Origin: Lytechinus pictus
Lineage: Eukaryota
Reading direction: 5' to 3'
Length of the DNA: 64,000 nucleotides
Assembly (NCBI RefSeq): GCF_037042905.1
Contig: NC_087252.1
Span: 6,510,001 to 6,574,000 of the forward strand
How positions within the stretch are numbered: the first letter of the stretch is position 1; every line of letters starts with the position of its first letter. The position numbers were made by a program, and so were the translations under genes. Positions 59,407 to 64,000 of this stretch are shown one piece after another. The notes beneath the pieces were generated by a model. The model did not search any database, was not told the DNA's origin, and saw only the letters and a list, made by a program, of their open reading frames with translations.

Positions 59407-62400
59407 CTTTATCTTGATAGGTCTTAATAATTTCTGAAGCCTGTGAGTTCCGAGGCAATGATTATATTCGGATGTTTATTAATTTTTTATTTGACTCGGC
59501 TGATAGGAAGAAACGCTATCTAGTGTTATCTAGTGGAATATTAACTTAATTCAAAGGTAATCTATGTCAGATCCTGAGATCCAAATGCAAAAAGGATGAG
59601 AAGCTATAGGCCTACCATTTGTGTTTAGGTACATAAATTAAAAGTTCGTATTTTTACAATTATTATTTCAGGTTTTAGAAAGTTTATTGTGATTGATGTG
59701 CTTTAATCATATTCTAATATTGTTTTGGTTTCATACGGTGCCATATCGCAATAGTGCAACACTGAGGGCCCTACTATATATATAGGCCTTCTAAGGGGTC
59801 TCACATTTGTTTCGACAACGGGTGTGGGGCGGTGGACTGCGCCGAAAATCGATGGACTGATCGACGATTCCCCCCAATAAAAGATGGCAATTCTTTTTTT
59901 TTTTTTTTTTTTTTTTTTTGGGGGGGGGGGGGGCTGCCCCCGCATCAGTAGCGTATAATGAGCCAAAAGTTTTGAGCGATCAAAACATGGTTGATGCTAG
60001 CTTAATTCTATGGGCAAAATGTCTAAATGCTGTGAGCGATCGAGCAAAAATGTTGACCCTTTTTATATATACATGGCATGAATTTAACTCTCTGATATAA
60101 TTTTTGTACAATATTCAGAAAACACTATCGTAACCATGTTTCATTTCCTTGTCTGCTTTTTCTCCCTTTTTTCGTTGTCATGAAAATATTTGGGGTCCGC
60201 CGGCACGGTCCCTAAGCCTCCCCCATTTGTACATTAGTGCCCTGCGTATTAAACACTCATATGCCTAAGTCGGATAGGCCTATCCAAATTAGGCACTCTG
60301 CAGTTGATTAATGTCTTGCTTTTCGGTCCGGAGAGTAAGTAAAAAATGTTCCTGTCGGCGTGCAATTTCATACCGTGGGTCGAGAGCAGCAAAATGGCTG
60401 CTGAAGGAAATTTATTTTTTTTCTTATTTTTTTCTTTTCTGCTCTTATAGCCTAATAATGATGTAGGTACAAAACTTTCAAATAAATATGAACTGTGTAT
60501 TAAAAATTGCTATAATTGTGGTATTATATAAATCTTCACTACCGGTGAAAAACAGCCCAGTAGGAAAATTTTAGAAACACAAGAAAAGAGTAAAGGTCAA
60601 TCCGATGGTCCTCAATAATCAAACAAAAAATTTAGGCCTATATTTGCCATATTCCCTTTGTATTATTCTTCTTCAGAATTTCATGCGACTTGATTAAAAC
60701 ACATACACACATCTCTATGATACCAGAGAGATGTTAACATAATAATCAACGTACAAGGGATAGTCCTATCATGGAGCTATTATAGCTCATATGGTCCTAT
60801 AATAGCGTGCTCCATCAGTATCAGCGTCTCAGCGAATGTAAATTAAACGTTCAGGTTATTAATGATATATAAAAAAAATATTCACAAACCCATCATAATT
60901 ATCTTCCATTCTTTAATTCGTTCACTTTTCAATCAATATCAAGTTATTCCTTTTAATCCGGCGTGAATATAATTATAATGGGCTTCGACATTCATTCAGT
61001 TGGTTAATGATTTCATATCACAAATATTAATTATTATTCTGGTAGATTAACACTTTAATTATTATTTTTTAATCATACATGCATTTTTTCAATTTCTTTC
61101 TTTATTAATTGCATGGAAATACCCCACGTTCTTATCATTGTCAATTTGTCATCCATTTACAATTAATTTGTTTTCACTGTAAGCTTTCGCGTTTTGGATT
61201 CGGATATTTGGGGTGATTGACCACATCTGCCTAAGTACCGCATCAATTGAATTCATAATTGCACTGCCGACTCCTGCGAAGCTTTGAAAAACAGAGAGGA
61301 AATATGTAAGTTTTAACCTCATAATTGTTTTGAAATTGTTTTGGTAATTCATAAAATCAATGTTCTTATAATTCCATGTTGTTATGGCCGTATACCTTAA
61401 TATCAAACCACTCGCCATTCAGGGTGGAACTTGTCCAGCAATTTCCCGACTTTGACTGACCGTGCCCCACCAACTGAATTTTGTGTGGTGTTTCCTGCAA
61501 TCGGTAAATTGCTGTTCTACGACGTACAGAAAGAGTCCGAGTTAAAGTTAGATATTGAATTTGTTAGGAACCAATTTATGATTTACTCCAAGGGCGTCTT
61601 TAAGTATAGATTGAAGTTTTCAAGCACCTATTTATTATACTTATAGATTCATTATAATACTTTCTTGTAGAGTAACAATTCGACAGTTTAACTTAAAACT
61701 ACTTAAATTAAGCTTTTTTTCTGGCTGCAATATTTTTTGTTCTAACGTTAGAATTTCTTTCCACTAAATGATATTTGCACCCAAGATTAGTTAAATATAT
61801 TTGTCTATTTTTAATTGCAATGTTCATTTTCAAATTCCATCTCAAATAATTCATAAAATCTTGAAATGTATCGCCATGTTTCACGGCTGAGTTTCGACAT
61901 CCCCCGCCCTTCGTTCGACATAGTGCATCGCGAGTTCAAAAGTCAATACGTGCGAGAGCCGCTGAATTGTGCCGCACCGCATACGATGTGCAACCCTGGA
62001 AGTTGATGCGGTCATTCGCTCCCGCATTGCGATTGGGGCCCCTGTCGAATGAAGGTGACCTGCAAGTGCAAGCATGCCTTGACTTGATTTCTGTGCAAAT
62101 TCAATGCAGTTGATTTTTTTTGGTTTTTTATTTGAAGATACGATCCTGAATTTGTGAGAAAGTTATCATACTCAGAACAGAACTAAGAACTTCATTTTTG
62201 CCGACCCCGCTTCTTAAATCTGAGCTAAGCTGCTGCGTGATCTAGATGGCGCATATTCCACTTCTTTGAGGGAAAATTTTGATTTTTTAAAGGGTATTTT
62301 TTGACAGTCTGGTGGTAAGTGATAGTGCCTGTGTATATAAAAATGTGTTTGGTGTGTGTTTTGGTGTTTGACTGTGCTGGCTTGTGAAATAGGTTTGCCA

Positions 62401-62755
62401 TGTCGAATCTCGGCACATGTCAAATTTAGGGTGTGTTACTCTAACTTGTTAACTTTTCATGGCATAATTTGTTGTTGCATGTTGACTAAGAAGAAATAAA
62501 TATGTTGTGAACTCGAGTCATGAACTGTCTGAAAAAGTGTAGTATATTAGTATTGGACAGACTTTCTGTGAATGGTGACTTAAATGTCTCAGTTTGTTTT
62601 ATGCTGATGCACTCACATTTAACATCATAGAAGAGTCTATATTTCAGCTTTAAATCTTAAATAAATGACACCAATTTCATGTCAATACCTCTTGTTTTTT
62701 TCTGAGACAGAGGTCTACTACTATGTTAAATGGAATGAAAATTGAAAAAGCATAA

Positions 62756-62957
62756 TGGGCAATTCCATAAAATGATCAACCTTTTTGTATGTCCAACCCC
62801 CATTTTTCTCAAGTCTTACCTCACTTCATAAACTGACCAAGACATGGTCCTTTGAGAATATTACAGACTGTCAAAAGAATGAAAAATAAGACACAGAAAA
62901 TTTCATGAAGGTCCCACATATAGGAGGCCGGACGTACATATTTTATGAAATTGCCCA
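62756..62957. mobile_element. PIF/Harbinger MITE
   Basis: TAA|TGGGCAATTCCATAAAAT ... ATTTTATGAAATTGCCCA|TAA. Confidence 0.85.
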
Positions 62958-63427
62958 TAACAAAACCACAGAGTGATGCGGAAGTATATAATTTTTACAC
63001 AGCGGAGGTAATGGTATCATGCCAATGCTCCAGACAGTAGTGAATCTGGATAATAAATACACAAAACTTGAATATTCAATGAAGAATATTGCAAATAAAA
63101 GAAAGCTCTGAAAATACTCTAGGAATTATTGCATGGAATAATTCATTCAGCCTTGCATGACATCATTATTGCAAATAGATGAAACAAATTCTATTAAACT
63201 GTATTTTTTTTTTCTTTTGTATAGTATACATTTCATTAGACTTTGTTCTTACTAGGTCAGGAAATTTAGATTTTCAGTATTGAATATTCCCCATTTGCAG
63301 CGATGTTGATGTATAATTTACAAATAATTGTTGTAGACAATGCATACATGTGTGTTCATTAAAGCAAATGTTAATTTCTTTTAAATTGCATACAGAGTAC
63401 AAAAAGGAGATAAAGGAAACAGCTGGC

Positions 63428-63490
63428 ATGGAGTCTACGTCTGATGGTGCTGAGTTGACCTTTGAACCTTGTATCCTTGGGAAGGCAAAG
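63428..63490 (+). CDS. Probable first coding exon of an unidentified gene continuing beyond the window
   Basis: Acceptor TACAG|63396, good Kozak context GGCATGG, MESTSDGAELTFEPCILGKAK, donor AAG|GTTTGG at 63491. Upstream CpG-rich region 61870-62260 and a 5'-UTR donor GTG|GTAAGT at 62315. Confidence 0.5.
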
Positions 63491-64000
63491 GTTTGGCTCC
63501 CCGTTGATCTGATAGAAGATGTGAGTGATATCATATTTTTTCCAACTAAGTTACTCATATTGTCATAAGAACTTTGGCAATGTAACTCTTCTTGAATGTT
63601 GAAGAAATACTCGTCTAAAAATATACATGTAGGGACAGTGAGTTTTTCATTTTAAACAAATGTATTTTTTGTATCTGAAAATCTGTAATTTTGTTTCAAA
63701 GTTAATCTGAAATGGAAATTCCATTTTGTCATAGAAAATGTACACAGCAAAGATATGAATTACATTTTGAAAAGATTTTATTCAATGAATTTTCTTATGA
63801 AAAGACCCAACATAGATTTCCATTTTAATTTCAAACTTAATTAACCAAAGGTCGTTTGCTAATTTACTCTTCTCTGACCTTGAACTGTAAGGAAATACTC
63901 GTCTAAAATGTTGTAGGTTTTGAACAAGGGTGTGTTCATGAAAGGAGTTGTCGGACACTTTATCTGACATTTACCATTATTTGTAGTAGCATTCTTGTTT

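Overview
AT-rich, intron-rich animal genomic DNA with assembly gaps. The gene set and repeat landscape suggest an invertebrate deuterostome, probably a sea urchin (inference). I reconstructed four complete spliced genes by hand; all introns are GT-AG and all exon phases are consistent. They are CFAP126/Flattop (+, 4 exons, 140 aa), CCDC191 (+, 17 exons, 953 aa), TOMM40 (-, 6 exons, 330 aa) and an 11-exon secreted poly(3-hydroxybutyrate) depolymerase of the fungal PhaZ (type-II catalytic domain) kind (-, 337 aa). The first exons of a fifth, unidentified gene appear at the right edge. The depolymerase is the stand-out. It has a signal peptide, GISSG lipase box, Ser41/Asp127/His162 triad, HGC and CWDW motifs and a conserved Cys pattern, and it is almost invisible in the ORF track because its exons are small. 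The left edge holds a CsRn1-like Ty3/gypsy retrotransposon with a tRNA-Trp PBS, CHCC gag motif, GGGAAAC slippery site plus pseudoknot, intact protease frame, a gag deletion and a duplicated LTR. Introns are packed with MITEs (Harbinger, hAT, TTAA, MULE and Tc1 types), tRNA-derived SINEs, a Helentron-like element and a Harbinger deletion derivative. Two tandem repeats duplicate real splice sites of host genes. Homology calls rest on remembered sequences and motifs, not on database searches.
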